A stretch of 59,389 bases of DNA, the filler included, from a bacterium (GTDB lineage Bacteria > CLD3 > SB21), in NCBI GenBank assembly GCA_013360215.1. It is 3 parts of 3 records of this genome, joined end to end, with 100 filler letters (N's around TTAATTAATTAA, not from the genome) between each part and the next. Parts side by side here need not be neighbours in the genome. Positions count along the whole stretch, not along the records: positions 18,127 to 35,097 come from JABWCP010000042.1; positions 35,198 to 59,389 come from JABWCP010000001.1; 1 more part is not named here. One strand, given 5' to 3'. This document shows positions 29,877-39,976 of this stretch, piece after piece. The notes beneath the pieces were generated by a model. The model was not told the origin of the DNA, did not search any database, and saw nothing but the letters and a program-made list of their open reading frames with translations. Numbering within the stretch: the stretch's first letter is position 1; every line of letters starts with the position of its first letter. The translations under genes were made by a program, and so were the position numbers.

Positions 29877-31187
29877 ATGTTTAATAGAAGCGCTAAATTT
29901 GTAGTTTCAATCTTTGCGATCCATTTTTCTTTGGCACAGGGTCAAATTCGCTATAATACCAACCCTACCCCTTCTTTGGGCGGCAAGGTTTTTGTTTTTT
30001 TTAATGGTACAGCCAATTATGCAAAGAGCATTCCAGGAAATATCAGCAATGACCGGGAGAACCTTGAACAACGGGTTATTGATATTATCAATAATGCTAA
30101 GGCAAGCCTGGATGTGGCTGCATATGAACTGAATAGTCTTAATATCGTGGTGGCGTTATGTAAAGCCCGCGAGCGCGGTGTGCGCGTGCGCATTATCATG
30201 GATGATGAGGCCGCTCCGCACAATAACGAAGAACTGTGGAAATATGTGCGCACTTTACTTAGCTATCGGTATCAGGTTCCTTGGATGACTGATGCGGGCT
30301 GGCCCATCGTAAAATCCAAAAAAAATCTCTACAAAGCACGTACGGCACAGATGCACAATAAATTTGTAGTAGCCGATTATCTAAGTGCTGATACGACCGA
30401 CGATGTGGTTTTGACCGGTTCGTATAATTTTACCATTACCGGCATGGTTTCCATGCAAAATGTTGTCCAAATTCAAAGCGCGAAAGCCACACAAATTTAT
30501 ACTGAAGAATTCGAAAACATGTGGGGCTCCGATACGGAACAACCGGATACGACGAAAGCCGCATTTCATCAATACAAAGCTGCTTTAAAAACAGATCCTT
30601 CTATTTTTGGCGGAAAAATCTCTGTTTATTTGGCGCCTATGAATAAGTATAAAACGCGTCCTAACTACCTGGAAATGATTGCGGATATAGTGACCCGTGA
30701 AGCGCAACATGACATCAAAATATGTTCGTTTTCGTTTAGTACTAAAATCGATGTTGATGAGGCAATAAAGGAAAAGGCCGAGGAACGCGGCGTCAATGTA
30801 AAAGCTGTATTTGATAAATCGCTGGGGAAAGGAAATTGGAGTTTATATAAGTCAATGATCGGTGATACATCGGCGCGCGCCGTTTGGAAAAAAAAGGCTG
30901 AAGCGTACTTAGCATACGAAGATCGTCAATTGCATCATAAATATCTGATAATAGACGCCGAGTCGCCAGATACGTCAGATGTTCCCGTCGTAATTACGGG
31001 TTCATTCAATTTCAGTAAGAATGCCAATGAAGCCAATGATGATAACTTTTTGGTCATACGTGATCGTGCGATAGCCAATCAATACTTACAGGAATTTTAT
31101 GCACGCTTTGAAGCGGCCAAAAAACTTGAGCTTTCACGAAAAGAGACTAATCAAACTGAGAAACTGATCACGGACGACGACGAATAA
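29877..31187 (+). CDS. Exported phospholipase D-like domain protein
   Basis: Two HKD motifs: MHNKFVVAD...TGSYNF and LHHKYLIID...TGSFNF. Confidence 0.88.
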   Translation: MFNRSAKFVVSIFAIHFSLAQGQIRYNTNPTPSLGGKVFVFFNGTANYAKSIPGNISNDRENLEQRVIDIINNAKASLDVAAYELNSLNIVVALCKARERGVRVRIIMDDEAAPHNNEELWKYVRTLLSYRYQVPWMTDAGWPIVKSKKNLYKARTAQMHNKFVVADYLSADTTDDVVLTGSYNFTITGMVSMQNVVQIQSAKATQIYTEEFENMWGSDTEQPDTTKAAFHQYKAALKTDPSIFGGKISVYLAPMNKYKTRPNYLEMIADIVTREAQHDIKICSFSFSTKIDVDEAIKEKAEERGVNVKAVFDKSLGKGNWSLYKSMIGDTSARAVWKKKAEAYLAYEDRQLHHKYLIIDAESPDTSDVPVVITGSFNFSKNANEANDDNFLVIRDRAIANQYLQEFYARFEAAKKLELSRKETNQTEKLITDDDE

Positions 31188-31196
31188 AGATGCCTG

Positions 31197-32786
31197 CTAA
31201 TTGATACGCACAGTAACAGAGCGCCCTAACGATTCTTCAAACAATCCTTTTTTCATATTAACTGCCCATTGTTCCAGTGTTCCCGACGATTTACAGTGCG
31301 CTTTGATCAAAATATGTTTAGGTTGAATTTTGCACCTTAGCGACGTGATGCTTTGACTGTGCGTCCTATCCAATCCGTCAGCAATACGCAATATACCCGC
31401 CAATTTGCATACTAAACGCTGATTCTCGATTGAAAGATTAACAAAACCGTCATGCTTGGGTTTGGGATGGCTCTTGCGATGGTACCTCGCTATATTGGCT
31501 ATAACTTCTTTTTCCTGATCGGTAAATCCCGCTAACTCCGCATTTCGAATAAGATAATACGAATGGCGATGATGCTGTGCGTGTGAGACAAAAAACCCGA
31601 CCTCGTGCATGATCGCCGCAAATTCAAGGAATTCCCGTTCCGTGCTACCCAGTTTGTGTATTTTAACAGTCTGATCAAAAATACTAAGTGCCAATCGGGT
31701 TACCTGATGTGCATGTTCCGCATCGTAGTGAAAATTTTCAGCCAGATGTATGACACTACGATAGCGAATGTTTGATAAGGGGTGATGCCCACCCGTATTC
31801 GTGCGGCTGTTTATGTAATCATGGATAATACCCTCTCTCAGCGCGTATTCGGAAACGACCATTTGTTTGATCTTAAGTAAATCAAATGATTCCTGTAAAA
31901 CCAAAGCACCGGCCACAATAATGTCTGCTCTTTTAATATCTAGCCCGATGATTTTTATTCGCTGCGCTACCGTTTTTGCTTTTAAGATATTCTGAACTAC
32001 ACGATCCAGTTCTTTTTTGGTAAAAGAAAAATTATTCAGCTGGGCATCCGATGAAATCCCGCTTCTATTAGCTCTAATCATATTGGCTAAATTGAGAATT
32101 GTACCCGAACTGCCAACTGCAAACTCGATTTTGCGATCGCGTACTTCCCGTGCTACGGCGCTTACAAATCCGCGAATATATTCTCGGCATTCCTGTATTT
32201 TTTTAGGCTTGATAACACCTTTATCGAAAAACCGCTGTGTTAAACGAATACATCCGATCTTAAGACTGTTCAGATATTGCGCTTCCCCTCGGACTCCAAC
32301 GATATATTCGACACTGCCGCCACCGATGTCCATTGCAATAATTTTGTGGTTAAAAACCGGTAATGCCTGCAGCACCCCTAGATAAATCAACCGTGCCTCT
32401 TCATTGCCGGAAACAACTTCAATATTTATGCCGGTTGCATCTTTTATTTTTTTTACAAAATGCGCCTGATTGAGCGCTTCGCGTACGGCACTGGTTGCTA
32501 CAGCACGTATTGGTGCTTTGTATACTTTAGCAATTTCAGAAAAACGCTTTAATGCCGTAACGCCCCTTTCTATCGCATCCGGGGCAATCATTTTCATGTC
32601 GGAGCTGCCACTGCCCAAACGTACATTTTCTTTTTCCCTGTCAACGATACGATACTTCCCGTTACCCAATAGCTCAACAACTATGAGATGAAATGAATTA
32701 GTACCAATATCAATCGCAGCAATATGCTTTTTGGAATTCCGCTCAGTGAATATCATTTTTTTAAGTTGCGAAACGACACGTGCCAT
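31197..32786 (-). CDS. ppx: Exopolyphosphatase Ppx/GppA with C-terminal HD domain
   Basis: AAIDIGTNSFHL, VATSAVREA.N, SG.EEARLIY.GV, DIGGGS.E, ALREG, HHRHSYYLI, RYHRK. Confidence 0.93.
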   Translation of the reverse strand: MARVVSQLKKMIFTERNSKKHIAAIDIGTNSFHLIVVELLGNGKYRIVDREKENVRLGSGSSDMKMIAPDAIERGVTALKRFSEIAKVYKAPIRAVATSAVREALNQAHFVKKIKDATGINIEVVSGNEEARLIYLGVLQALPVFNHKIIAMDIGGGSVEYIVGVRGEAQYLNSLKIGCIRLTQRFFDKGVIKPKKIQECREYIRGFVSAVAREVRDRKIEFAVGSSGTILNLANMIRANRSGISSDAQLNNFSFTKKELDRVVQNILKAKTVAQRIKIIGLDIKRADIIVAGALVLQESFDLLKIKQMVVSEYALREGIIHDYINSRTNTGGHHPLSNIRYRSVIHLAENFHYDAEHAHQVTRLALSIFDQTVKIHKLGSTEREFLEFAAIMHEVGFFVSHAQHHRHSYYLIRNAELAGFTDQEKEVIANIARYHRKSHPKPKHDGFVNLSIENQRLVCKLAGILRIADGLDRTHSQSITSLRCKIQPKHILIKAHCKSSGTLEQWAVNMKKGLFEESLGRSVTVRIN

Positions 32787-33283
32787 CAGGACTCTCCGAT
32801 AAACTTGAGTTGACGCGGTGTCATAAACCAGCGTATTTCACCGCTCGGCGATGGATGGATACGTTCCACCTCGATTTTACAGATTGCACCTTTCTTAAAA
32901 GGAATAGCTAACCTCGGTACTCCCATAAAAAAACCGGCTAATCTTCCGACATCCGGCATGTGGCCCACAAGTAAAACGCTGTAATCCATTTGAAACGGTT
33001 TGAATGCCTGCATAAGCTCGGCTGTTGACGCGGGTATTGCCAAACCATCACATACGACTACCTTTTTGTGCCCCAATACTTCGGCAACAGCCTCTGCCGT
33101 TTGTTTGGCACGTACCAAAGGACTGCTCATAATAACATTAAAACGTATATCTAGTCTTTTGAGGCCGCGTGCTTCTGCTTGCACCAATTTGACACCCTCA
33201 CCGGTCAATGGTCGGTCAAAATCGGTTTTAATCTTCCCGCCTACATCTTCAGCAAAACCGTGTCTCATTAAAAATACATCCAT
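32786..33283 (-). CDS. sixA: Phosphohistidine phosphatase SixA
   Basis: MRHG.AE, DRPLT..G, SSPLVRA.QTA, LVGH.P; stop overlaps the ppx start. Confidence 0.9.
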   Translation of the reverse strand: MDVFLMRHGFAEDVGGKIKTDFDRPLTGEGVKLVQAEARGLKRLDIRFNVIMSSPLVRAKQTAEAVAEVLGHKKVVVCDGLAIPASTAELMQAFKPFQMDYSVLLVGHMPDVGRLAGFFMGVPRLAIPFKKGAICKIEVERIHPSPSGEIRWFMTPRQLKFIGES

Positions 33284-33286
33284 AAC

Positions 33287-34207
33287 TTACTCCATGACAA
33301 AGTGTTTAATTTGTTTTTGCAGAACACGGCGCATATTACTATTCCAATACGAATAAAACCGATGGGTAATCGAAATACGTTCCCGTACTACATAGTGTAT
33401 CGTTTTGATTATCGTTACGTTGTGTATTTCATTTTCTGTCTTATAAATTTGCGCGGACTTTCTAAGTGTCTTTATTATCGTATCGCAATCGTGAATTAGT
33501 CCGAGATAATCTTGTAGTTTTTTTAAAATTTTTATCGTCTGAGATATGTTGCCGCCCAGTATTCCGCTCCACATTTCGACCGAATAACGTAACCTTTTGG
33601 TTTCAATTCGAAAAACATGGAGCGCTCTGGATGACAGTGGATCGCCACAATCAGATTCAGCAATCCACAACGCTTCACTTCTTTCTTTTATCCACTGAAC
33701 CGCTAAGTCCACAGCGGTTACTCCTATGGGATCGTTTTTAGTTTCGCTTTCTGAAAAAACCCATGATATGTCTATATCTAAATCCGTTTTCTGTATTGTA
33801 TTTTGAAATTGCTGTAATGATCTCAAACGTTTGGTTTCAATTTGATTCTCTATATAATCCCAATTCGCAGATTGTATTTTGGAGTGCTTGGATTTAAGAA
33901 TCTGAATCTTATGCAACATAATATCACTATCGCGCACTTCCCCGGCGTGATCAGCTAATGTTTTGATCGCATGATTGTGATGTTTCAGTTTCGCAGTCGA
34001 AGAAGAGTAAAATACAAGGCAGGCCATCGCTTGACGTAATCGTCGCGAGGCTACTCTAAAGTCATGTATCTGCTCTGCACTCTGATTTTCTTTGACAGCA
34101 TCGTATAAAGATTTCCATGAAATCCAGCGATGACGCATGATTCGCTGCATCGCTTCAGATGCGCCCATTGTCGGAAGCAAATCCGGGATATACCACGAAG
34201 CTTCCAT
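33287..34207 (-). CDS. CHAD domain (polyphosphate-binding) protein
   Basis: IHDFRVASRRLR, GEVRDSD, LH.FRI..KRLRY, LQDYLG.IHD. Confidence 0.9.
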   Translation of the reverse strand: MEASWYIPDLLPTMGASEAMQRIMRHRWISWKSLYDAVKENQSAEQIHDFRVASRRLRQAMACLVFYSSSTAKLKHHNHAIKTLADHAGEVRDSDIMLHKIQILKSKHSKIQSANWDYIENQIETKRLRSLQQFQNTIQKTDLDIDISWVFSESETKNDPIGVTAVDLAVQWIKERSEALWIAESDCGDPLSSRALHVFRIETKRLRYSVEMWSGILGGNISQTIKILKKLQDYLGLIHDCDTIIKTLRKSAQIYKTENEIHNVTIIKTIHYVVRERISITHRFYSYWNSNMRRVLQKQIKHFVME

Positions 34208-34227
34208 AGTAATTTTATTTCTATAGG

Positions 34228-35097
34228 TTACGCGCCAAACTTCTTCAATTTTCCTGCATTGGCTAATGCTAATTCCATGATATAATATGAGGGAAAATTA
34301 CCCAATTGACCTTTTGAGCATTCGGTTTCTGTAAAAGCATTTGCATCATCAAAACTACATACGTCCGAATGAAGTAAAAATGGAACCGGATGCCAACTAT
34401 GGCTTTTCATCGGCGGGGGTGTCGAATGATCTCCCGTTACCATAATTACGGCAGGACCGAGTTCGCGCAACATCGGAATGTGCTTATCTACTTCTTCCAT
34501 GATATGCATCTTTCCTTCAGAATTTCCGTCTTCGCCGTAGCTATCGGTTTTTTTTATATGAATAAAGAAAAAATCGTGTTTATCCCAATTTTCTTTCAGT
34601 GTTTGAAATTCATCAGCTATATCCATACCCGTTGGTAATATTTCCATACCCACGACACTGGCAACACCACGATAAAGAGGAAAACTGGCAATACACGCCG
34701 GTGACAAACCAAAACGTTCGGACATCGAAGGTACATGCGGCATACCCGAAAATCCGCGCATGAGTAGCGTATTGGCCTTGGCTTCATCCTTTAGGATTTT
34801 ATTTGCTGCGGCTATAAATTTATCAGCTATTTTTGACATACGTGCTGACGCTTTATCTTGGGGAACGGCTTTCAGCGGTTTGGCTCCGGTTACTTGTGGG
34901 TCGGTATCAAGTATATTGCCGTGCAGACGTTTACCGCGAAATACGACAACAAAACGGTATTGTTCGCCCGGTTTAATGATCACTTTGACGTCATCAATTT
35001 TTTTAATCTTGGCACTCAGCATCGCACAAAGACGTTCGCATTCTTCCGAGGGGATACGACCTGCGCGCCGATCGGTAAGCAATCCTTTCGCATCCAT
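34228..35097 (-). CDS. apgM: Archaeal-type 2,3-BPG-independent phosphoglycerate mutase, N-terminus lost in gap
   Basis: DRRAGRI, DTDPQ, AN..L.RG, HIKKTDSYGEDG, TGDHSTP, HSWHPVP, KKFGA end. Confidence 0.9.
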   Translation of the reverse strand: MDAKGLLTDRRAGRIPSEECERLCAMLSAKIKKIDDVKVIIKPGEQYRFVVVFRGKRLHGNILDTDPQVTGAKPLKAVPQDKASARMSKIADKFIAAANKILKDEAKANTLLMRGFSGMPHVPSMSERFGLSPACIASFPLYRGVASVVGMEILPTGMDIADEFQTLKENWDKHDFFFIHIKKTDSYGEDGNSEGKMHIMEEVDKHIPMLRELGPAVIMVTGDHSTPPPMKSHSWHPVPFLLHSDVCSFDDANAFTETECSKGQLGNFPSYYIMELALANAGKLKKFGA

Positions 35098-35197
35098 NNN
35101 NNNNNNNNNNNNNNNNNNNNNNNNNNNNNNNNNNNNNNNNNTTAATTAATTAANNNNNNNNNNNNNNNNNNNNNNNNNNNNNNNNNNNNNNNNNNNN
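35098..35197. other. Assembly gap with artificial TTAATTAATTAA linker
   Basis: N-run with the linker at 35142-35153. Confidence 0.98.
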
Positions 35198-35651
35198 CGG
35201 CGGGCGACGGCTCAGGTACCGGCTCATCTTGATAGGCTACGCGCTCTACCGGGCGAATGATTTTTTCCGGCTCGAGAACCAAACGAACACGTTTTGTCGT
35301 GAATTGAGCGATCACACCGGCTACAAATTCACGTTCTTTTTGTACCATTTCGACCTGAAACGGTGTCACACCGCTCGTGGTAAAGCCCAATTTGAGTAAA
35401 TCGCTTTGCAATTCGTAAGGCCAGGCCAACTCCAATACGGACCCGACACGACGCTTCTCGCGGTTGACTTCGACGACAATTTTTGACCAAGATTTACGAA
35501 TTTCGCTCAATCCTCGTTCACCGTTTACCGGTGATTCTTTGGGCGGTTCCGTGACGACTACCGGCGTTGGTATTTCGGAATGTTTGACGGCTGGCGGTTT
35601 AAGAGGCGTTACAGGATTTACAGGAGCCGTTACGGCACTACTTTTTTTTTT
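35198..35651 (-). CDS. dnaX: C-terminal extension of DnaX (tau-like) in the -1 frame, truncated by gap
   Basis: Pro-rich linker, then SWSKIV.EV....VGSVL..AWP....LLKLGF typical of the DnaX C-terminal domain; entered at the A10 run. Confidence 0.75.
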
Positions 35652-36796
35652 ACGGTCTCCGTATCGGGGTTCTCCAGTTTTCGGATGATCTCCGAAAGTT
35701 GAACGGAATCTTCCATACGAATAAGCTTCATCAGCATCAATTCGAATACAAAGCGTTGTTTGAGGCTCCATTTGACGCGTTGAATGGTCTCCGATACCAA
35801 ATTCATCATGCGAATAAGGTCGGTTTCAGAAAATTGCTGCGATACGTCTGTAAATTTTTCGTGATAACTCTCATACACCGTCGTCAATGCCGATGCGCCG
35901 CAGGCTTTGGCCAGCAATACATTGCGTATATGCGCCATCAATCCGTGCAGAAACTCCGTCACATCAAGGCCTGCATCCAGTACGCGCGAGGCAAATTTGA
36001 ATCCTTCGGAAACACTTTTATTGCGTATGATCGCCATCAGTTCAAAATATAACCCTGTTTCGATCAGCCCAAGCGCCTCACGCACGCGTTGGATACGCAC
36101 CTGATTACCGCAAAAGGAAATCACCTGATCCAGCAAGGTCAGCGCGTCACGCATACCGCCGTCCGCCATTTGGGCGATTTCAAACAGTGATTCTTCGTCC
36201 ATATCAATTTGTTCGATACGGCAGATATGTTTGAGTCGTCCGATGATTTTCTCGATAGCGACGCGTTTAAAATCGAAGCGCTGGCAACGTGATAAGATCG
36301 TCGGCAGGATTTTGTGGGGTTCGGTCGTCGCAAAAATAAATACGACCTGTGGTGGCGGTTCTTCGAGTGTTTTCAGGAGCGCATTAAACGCATCCTTGGT
36401 GATCATGTGAAATTCGTCAATGATATAAATCTTGTATCCGCCGCGTACCGGCAAATACCGTACATTGTCACGAATACTGCGAATCTCATCAATACCGCGA
36501 TTCGATGCACCGTCAATTTCCAACACATCCAAACTGCGTCCGCCGGTAATTTCGAGGCAGGACTGGCATTGATTGCACGGCGTGATCGTCGGGCCGCCGT
36601 TTTCACAGTTGATGGCTTTAGCAAAAATACGCGCCGACGTTGTTTTGCCGACACCGCGCGGACCGGAAAAGATATATGCATGCGCGATGCGCTTGGATTC
36701 AATCGCATTTTTCAGCGTCGTGGTGATATGTTCCTGACCGATCACATCATCAAAAACCATCGGCCGATATTTTCGCGCAATTACAAGATAGGACAT
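35630..36796 (-). CDS. dnaX: DNA polymerase III gamma/tau subunit, zero-frame short form (388 aa)
   Basis: ARKYRP..F..V.GQ, GPRGVGKT, Cys4 Zn site, EIDGASN, IIDEFHM, NALLKTLEEPP, SRCQ, GGMRDAL. Confidence 0.97.
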   Translation of the reverse strand: MSYLVIARKYRPMVFDDVIGQEHITTTLKNAIESKRIAHAYIFSGPRGVGKTTSARIFAKAINCENGGPTITPCNQCQSCLEITGGRSLDVLEIDGASNRGIDEIRSIRDNVRYLPVRGGYKIYIIDEFHMITKDAFNALLKTLEEPPPQVVFIFATTEPHKILPTILSRCQRFDFKRVAIEKIIGRLKHICRIEQIDMDEESLFEIAQMADGGMRDALTLLDQVISFCGNQVRIQRVREALGLIETGLYFELMAIIRNKSVSEGFKFASRVLDAGLDVTEFLHGLMAHIRNVLLAKACGASALTTVYESYHEKFTDVSQQFSETDLIRMMNLVSETIQRVKWSLKQRFVFELMLMKLIRMEDSVQLSEIIRKLENPDTETVKKKVVP

Positions 36797-36964
36797 AGAT
36801 ATTTGGTTAAAATTTAATGCCGGCCAAGATAAAAGATTTTGGGGATAAAAAAAATGGAATTTTATACGTAAGAAGTTCTTTATAAAGCTGTTCGAAAGAA
36901 CACGAATTAGTGACTAATTATCATCTTCTATCTAGATATTCAGCGTCAAAAAAATTAAAAAAAA

Positions 36965-37060
36965 GCCCAAGCTGTTACGGCACATCCAAGGGTGAGCTTA
37001 CCGTTGCTTCCTTCCGGACCTGGCGGGGTTCAGCCTCCTCAAATTGCGTAAGGCTCGGGC
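36965..37060 (-). ncRNA. ffs: Signal recognition particle RNA (small type)
   Basis: Minus strand ...CCGCCAGGTCCGGAAGGAAGCAACGG... domain IV; paired ends gcccgagc/gcttgggc; directly upstream of dnaX. Confidence 0.93.
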
Positions 37061-37125
37061 GTTAATAAAACTTATTTCAAAACAACATGCGTTCAACGTC
37101 GAGATAACATAAGGTCGTAAACAAT

Positions 37126-37153
37126 AAAACCCCGCCTAGGTAGCGAGGTTTTT
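37126..37153 (-). terminator. Terminator of the tRNA pair
   Basis: aaaaccccgc...gcgaggtttt hairpin immediately 3' of tRNA-Tyr. Confidence 0.6.
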
Positions 37154-37155
37154 CG

Positions 37156-37239
37156 TGGGCAGTGAAGGATTTGAACCTCCGTAGAGCATAGCTCGACAGA
37201 TTTACAGTCTGTTGCGATTGACCACTCCGCCAACTGCCC
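37156..37239 (-). tRNA. tRNA-Tyr (GTA), CCA not encoded
   Basis: GGGCAGT acceptor, ACAGA-CTGTAAA-TCTGT anticodon arm, long variable arm, GGTTCAAATCC. Confidence 0.96.
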
Positions 37240-37263
37240 AATGAACTTTTACTGCATAAGTAG

Positions 37264-37336
<73 letters not shown>

Positions 37337-37378
37337 AATATCTCTAATGTCTAAGAACAGTCTCAAAATTCGGGCGAA

Positions 37379-37407
37379 AATATAGATGATGCCGCACACT
37401 TTGTCAA
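37379..37407 (-). promoter_or_regulatory. sigma70-type promoter for tRNA-Thr/tRNA-Tyr
   Basis: Minus strand TTGACA-17 nt-TATATT. Confidence 0.7.
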
Positions 37408-37538
37408 TGAATATTTTATGTATTTCATGAATTCTTCGCCATATCTAACCCTGATGCTTGACATTCAACCCTGTTTTGTTTACCATGACGCCACACTATG
37501 AAACCGTATTTGTTCTATCCCGCTCCCTTCTTCCTGAT

Positions 37539-38816
37539 ATGAGTGAAATATCACGCATCGAAATTTTACTCTTTTTTCTGCTTATTTTTATCGGCGGATT
37601 CTTCAGTAGTTTTGAAACGGCCATTTTATCCTTAGATAAGCTGTCATTCAAAAAAATTTTGAAACGCGGCGGCACGCGCTCCAAACTACTTGAGCTCTGG
37701 ACATCCAATCAAAATGATTTTTTAACGGGTATCTACGTAGGTAATAACGCATTTAATGTCGGCGCCGCCGTATTGGCCGCCAGTGTCAGTGTGGATATTG
37801 CGCGGCTGTACGGCTACCGCGAAGCTTACGCTTTAGCCGTGGCCACCTTTTTGATTACGCTTTTTCTCCTGCTATTCAGCGAAGTATTGCCCAAATCCAT
37901 CGCGCGCCATAATCCGGAAAAAACGGTTATGCTGTTGGCGACGCCGCTGCATATTGCGTTACTGATCCTCAAACCCTTCAGCGGTTTTTTTTCATGGGTT
38001 TCTCGTGTCGTCGTCACCGCAACGGGCGGCGAAACGCATCGCCGCAGCCTCAATGTAACCGAAGATGAAATTCGTGAAATCATCAATGCCGGCGAAGTGG
38101 CGGGTGCGATCGAACACAACGAACGTGAAATGATTCACAGCATTATTGAGTTCGGTGATACGCTGGTCAAAGAAGTCATGGTGCCTCGCGTGGATATGGT
38201 ATGTGTGGAAGTCCAGACACCGATGGAAGAAATACTCCAAATCATGGCGGATGAAAAACTGTCCCGCATCCCTGTCTATGAAGAAAATATGGATACCGTC
38301 ATCGGTGTGCTGCATATCAAAAACGTGATGAATTTTTGGCGTAAAAACATTCAAGATATGACGGCTATTGAATTTATCACCATGCCGTATTTTGTACCGG
38401 AAACCAAAAAAATTTCCGAATTATTGCGCGAATTTCAATCGCAACGTATTCAGATGGCGATCGTCGTGGATGAATACGGCGGAACGGCCGGTTTGGTGAC
38501 GATCGAAGATTTGATCGAAGAAATCGTCGGAGAAATCAAAGATGAATACGATGATAACATTTCACTGATAAAAAAACAGGAAGACGGTTCTTATCTCGCG
38601 GATGCGAAAATTGAAATTTATCTCATTAATGAACAATTGCATTTGCATCTGCCCTCAGAAGAATACAGCACCCTCAGCGGGTTGATCCTTTGGCTTTTCA
38701 AACGTATGCCCAAAAAAGGTGATACCATCACCTACGAAGATGTTCGATTTACAATCATCGAATCGGACCGAAAGCGCATCCACAAGGTACTGATACAGCT
38801 CCTGCCTTCATCCTAG
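37539..38816 (+). CDS. Hemolysin-family CNNM (DUF21)-CBS-CorC Mg/Co transport protein (start uncertain)
   Basis: FFS..ETA, GNN..N, EVLPKSIA, VKEVMVPRVD, SRIPVY, VVDEYGGTAGLVTIED.IEEIVGEI.DEYD. Confidence 0.92.
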   Translation: MSEISRIEILLFFLLIFIGGFFSSFETAILSLDKLSFKKILKRGGTRSKLLELWTSNQNDFLTGIYVGNNAFNVGAAVLAASVSVDIARLYGYREAYALAVATFLITLFLLLFSEVLPKSIARHNPEKTVMLLATPLHIALLILKPFSGFFSWVSRVVVTATGGETHRRSLNVTEDEIREIINAGEVAGAIEHNEREMIHSIIEFGDTLVKEVMVPRVDMVCVEVQTPMEEILQIMADEKLSRIPVYEENMDTVIGVLHIKNVMNFWRKNIQDMTAIEFITMPYFVPETKKISELLREFQSQRIQMAIVVDEYGGTAGLVTIEDLIEEIVGEIKDEYDDNISLIKKQEDGSYLADAKIEIYLINEQLHLHLPSEEYSTLSGLILWLFKRMPKKGDTITYEDVRFTIIESDRKRIHKVLIQLLPSS

Positions 38817-38907
38817 TTAAACCGATATGCATACATGGGATAATTCATTTGAATAATCAATCCCGCTGTATTACATTGCGTCGCTTTTTTTAAACGATTT
38901 TTATGAT

Positions 38908-39960
38908 ATGATCACCATTTACGCGCAATTATTCGGTAAAGAATTTGTCAATACGCTTACGTTTGACGAATTGGTGATTTATCTCAAAGACCCGCAGTGT
39001 ATTTTCTGGATAGATCTCGATTCCCCCACGTTAGATGAAATTCACCAAATTCAGGATGCTTTCAATTTTCATCCGCTATGCATCGAGGATGTGATGAGTT
39101 ATTCCAATTCGCCTAAATTGGACGAATTTGACGAATACATTTTCCTCGTAACGCACGAACCCCGAATGCATCCGGAAACCAACGAAATCGAACGTCCGGA
39201 AATTGATTTTTTCCTGGGTAAAAACTATCTCGTTTCCGTTCATCACGAACCAAGTCCTGCTATCGCCAAATCCATACACCGATGTGAAACGCAACTGTTG
39301 TATCATCAGGCTGCGCTATACGAAAAAGGTTCACGCGGTCGAACGGCGATTAAAGATAACTTTATGTTTAAAAATTCAGATTTTATTTTACATACGATCT
39401 TAGATCACATCGTGGATGATTATTTTCCTCTGGTTGAAAAATGGGAGGACGATATTGATCATCTTGAGGAACATGTATTGTCCGTTCGCGCCGAACGTTC
39501 GGTGCTCAACGAAATTCTAAAACTCAAGCGACAGTTGGCCGGCTTTCGCCGCACCGTATCCCCTCAGCGGGACGTACTGTCACGCCTTATTCACCTCCAG
39601 CATCCGGCGATGTCCAAGGCCTCGGTAGTCTACTTCCGCGATATTTTTGATCACCTTATTCGTGTCAACGAACTGATTGATACCTACCGTGATACGATGA
39701 GCAACGTTCTTGATGCCTACTATTCCGTACTCTCGCATCAAATCAATGAAAATTCGCATATCGTCAATATCATCATGAAGCGGCTTACGATCATCACAAC
39801 CATTTTTATGCCGCTGACTTTTATTGCCGGTATTTATGGCATGAATTTTCACAATATGCCTGAAATACGGTGGGAATACGGTTATTATTATGCACTCGGC
39901 CTGATGGGCGCACTGGCGCTTTCCATGTTTTATTTTTTCAGAAAAAAATTCTGGTTCTAA
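38908..39960 (+). CDS. corA: Magnesium/cobalt transporter CorA
   Basis: FHPL.IED, MKRLT.I.TIF.PLTFI.GIYGMNF..MPE signature. Confidence 0.95.
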   Translation: MITIYAQLFGKEFVNTLTFDELVIYLKDPQCIFWIDLDSPTLDEIHQIQDAFNFHPLCIEDVMSYSNSPKLDEFDEYIFLVTHEPRMHPETNEIERPEIDFFLGKNYLVSVHHEPSPAIAKSIHRCETQLLYHQAALYEKGSRGRTAIKDNFMFKNSDFILHTILDHIVDDYFPLVEKWEDDIDHLEEHVLSVRAERSVLNEILKLKRQLAGFRRTVSPQRDVLSRLIHLQHPAMSKASVVYFRDIFDHLIRVNELIDTYRDTMSNVLDAYYSVLSHQINENSHIVNIIMKRLTIITTIFMPLTFIAGIYGMNFHNMPEIRWEYGYYYALGLMGALALSMFYFFRKKFWF

Positions 39961-39976
39961 CATATACAGGAATACC

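Noticed and set aside
35652-35771. Independent start for the 209-aa ORF 35142-35771
   Set aside because: Its first ~40 codons overlap dnaX out of frame, DnaX-like character begins only after the A run, and its stop is the artificial linker
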